From Octopus vulgaris (lineage: Eukaryota), in the NCBI GenBank assembly GCA_951406725.2, contig OX597816.1:99820001-99884000 (forward strand): a stretch of DNA of 64,000 nucleotides, written 5' to 3'. Numbering within the stretch: position 1 is the first letter of the stretch; every line of letters begins with the position of its first letter. The notes under the pieces are model-generated. The model made no database searches, was not told where the DNA came from, and saw only the letters and a list, made by a program, of their open reading frames with translations. Positions 61,512 through 64,000 of the stretch are shown here, in pieces. The position numbers and the translations under genes were made by a program.

Positions 61512-62030
61512 TATTGAGTTGTCCCATAACTAATACAGTTTTTTTATATATTTCTTTTATTTTTCAAAATTAAGATAAAGTTCTTTTTTAATCTAAAATA
61601 TACTCTCCTTCATTTTCTACAATGTTCTTCCAACTATCTGGTAGGCTTGCACGGCTCCTCTTCCAAAATTCACTTGTCCATGATGAAAAATACTCCTCCA
61701 GTACAGTTCTGACCTCGTCTACAGAATTCCTATTTTTTCTGTTCAACTGATTTTGAAGACTGTGGAATAAATGGTTATCAGATGGGGCAATGTCTGGCGA
61801 ATATGGTGGGTGGGCATCATTTGCATTCAAACTGCTCCAGCTTTTGGAATGTCATCCTTGCTGCATGTAACTGAGCATTATCCTGATGGAAGAACGCCAT
61901 TCGTCTTGATAACAAAGATAGTAATTTTTCTTCCCACAGTAGATCTCCTTTGTTATCATTTTGTTTGTGTTTAAAATTTCAAAGTGGACTAACCCTTTCA
62001 TAACCCACCTAACAGATAACAGCACCTTAT
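61512..62030 (-). mobile_element. Mariner transposon 3' remnant with TIR
   Basis: HPPYSPDIAPSDNHLFHSLQ...LPDSWKNIVENEGEY; KVLLSVRWVMKGLVHFEIL; TIR TATTGAGTTGTCCCATAACTAATACAGTTTT. Confidence 0.85.
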
Positions 62031-62061
62031 GTACACACACACACACACACACATATACATG

Positions 62062-62106
<45 letters not shown>

Positions 62107-62119
62107 GTGTGTGTATAAA

Positions 62120-62215
62120 TATATTTTTTTATTCTTTTATTTGTTTCATTCATTTGACTGTGGCCATGTTGGACCACCACTTTAAGGGGTTTTAGTTGAA
62201 CAAATCGACCTAGGA
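62120..62215 (-). mobile_element. SINE/LINE 3' tail fragment
   Basis: Minus strand GGTGGTCCAACATGGCCACAGTCAAATGAATGAAACAAATAAAAGA. Confidence 0.65.
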
Positions 62216-62234
62216 CGTTTTCCTTGTATGCCTA

Positions 62235-63550
62235 ACCCTAATCCTAACCCGAGCAAAAACCAAAGTCTTAGTAAGTAGGAAGGCTGTCAAATCACAACCC
62301 ACCTCAGGTTGATGGCCCTGCTTGATCTGTAGAAAAGGCATGGCTAGAAACTCCATACAATGTACCTGGTGTAAGCTATGGACACATAAACGATGCAGCA
62401 ATATTAAAGGAAGGTTAACCAGGAAAATAATCATTGTGTGTGACAGATGCCCAGGGGCAATAAACACTGAAGATGTACAGAAAACAGATTCCATCACATG
62501 CCAGGGGAAGAAACTAGAAGTAGTTAATAGCTTCTACTCCCTAGGTGACCAAATCTGTAGTGGGGGTGGTTACTCTGAGAGTGTAGAACCTAGAGTAAGA
62601 ATAGCCTGGGTAAAGTTCAGGGAGCTCCTACCTCTGCTGGCAACTAAGTGCCTCTCACTCAAGATGAAAGGTAGACTGCATGATGTATGTGTGTGAACTG
62701 CCATGCTACATAGCAGTGAAACATGGGCCTTGAATGTTAAGGACATGCGTAGGCTTGAAAGACATGAAGCTAGTATGATCCACTGGATATCTAATGTCAG
62801 TGTGCATACACATCAGAGTGTAAGTGCCCTGAGAGAAAAGTTAGACATAAGAAGTTTCAAATGTGGTGTGCAAGAGAAGTGACTGTGCTGGTATGGTCAT
62901 ATGTTATGTATGAATGAAGACAGCTGTGTGAGAAGTCCTAGCAACTAAAGTGAGGTTGCAGCCACACATGTCTGGCCCTGTTAAGAATACCCCTGATGCA
63001 CTGGGCAATATGATATGCTTGAAAAGACCTGTTGAGTCAAGTAAAACCAATATCATAGCTGTGGCCAGTGCCTCCTGACTGGCTCCCATGCCAGTGGTAC
63101 ATAAAGAGGACCAACCAAGCATGGCTGATGCCAGTACCCACAGACTGGCTCCTGTGTCAGTGGCATGTAAAAAGCACCATCCAACTGTGGTCGATGCCAG
63201 ATCCGCCTGACTGGTTCCTGTGCTGGTAGCACATAAAAAGTACCAACCAATTGTGGCCGATGCCAGTACCTGCTGACTGGCTCTTGTGCCAGTGGCACAT
63301 AAAAAGCACCATCCAAACGTGATCGATGCCAGGCCTGCCTAACAGGCTCCTGTGCCAGTGGCACGTAAAAAGACACTCACTACAATCTCAGAGTGTAGGC
63401 ATTAGGAAAGGCATCCAGCTGTAGAAACATTGCCAGATCAGATTGGAGCCTGGTGCAGCTGCTGGCTCTCCAGACCTTAGTCAAACTGTCCAACCCATGC
63501 CAGCATGGAAAGTAGCGGCGAAACGATGATGATATGATGCTGATGATGAT
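62235..63550 (+). pseudogene. RTE 3' fragment with PHD-like cluster and a ~60-bp minisatellite in the 3' UTR
   Basis: [35 protein letters not shown]; about five units of GATGCCAG..CTGACTGGCTCCTGTGCCAGTGGCACATAAAAAGCACC at 63060-63372; (GAT)n tail. Confidence 0.85.
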
Positions 63551-64000
63551 ATATTTATATATATATTTATATATTCAAATATGAATTAGAAGCAGCTCAA
63601 GTTATATAAACAAAGTCAAGCATACATACATGAAGTGTGTGTGTTGTTAGTTCGTTGGGTGGCTGTGTTTTTGTTAGGGGTAAGGTAATATATTCTCAAT
63701 GCCTTTGGTGTAAAGACACCTGAAAGCAAGTCAAAACCAAGTGAGACAACTTACATCAAATCACTTTCTTTGGGGTGACTGACATCGATGTTGCATCATC
63801 TTTTTGACTTGTGAATGCCACATACCGAATAGGGTTTGTTGTGAGCTATCTAAGTCCCAACATGTCACGCCAAGAAAAAATTCAAATATGAACTAGAAGC
63901 AGCTTGAAGAATATAAACAAAGCCAAACACACTATATAGTCATAGCCAGTTAGATAGTTCACAGCTAGTTAGATATATTCCTGGATATGACTTAAAATTG

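Noticed and set aside
62231-62250. CCTAACCCTAATCCTAACCC telomere-like repeat
   Set aside because: Only about three imperfect units at an RTE junction; too short to call interstitial telomere.
63573-63932. ~50-bp imperfect direct repeat flanking ~255 bp
   Set aside because: No element hallmarks; probably an old local duplication.

Overview
AT-rich animal (eukaryotic) genomic DNA made almost entirely of transposable elements and microsatellites. The tRNA-derived SINEs, RTE/CR1/Penelope repeats and giant (TA)n arrays suggest an octopus-like cephalopod; this is inference from repeat content. The core is a young APE-endonuclease/RT LINE of the CR1/L2 group, present as four near-identical copies in two head-to-head pairs, with every visible end embedded in (TA)n/TGTACA arrays. 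Only copy 1 (11474..14497, minus) has an intact 1007-aa ORF2. The block 11472..24791 recurs at 24892..38761 across a 100-N gap, most likely a second haplotype or a false duplication, and the second block carries an extra insertion of a sister LINE. Notable signals: (i) apparent (TA)n targeting; (ii) ORF2 has no AUG before the endonuclease and overlaps a CCCH-finger ORF1 in the -1 frame, with an in-phase A_AAT_TTT slippery site; (iii) a covarying 3' stem-loop shared by two LINE families and a SINE; (iv) several Penelope-type hammerhead ribozyme motifs, including a compensated U3:A8 variant; (v) fold-back hairpins at 5' insertion junctions; (vi) a PHD-like finger inside the RTE reverse transcriptase. 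Also present are decayed DD41D and mariner transposons, non-autonomous Helitrons, Tx1/L1 and R4/Dong remnants, a MITE and possibly two small host exons. All alignments were done by eye and boundaries are approximate.
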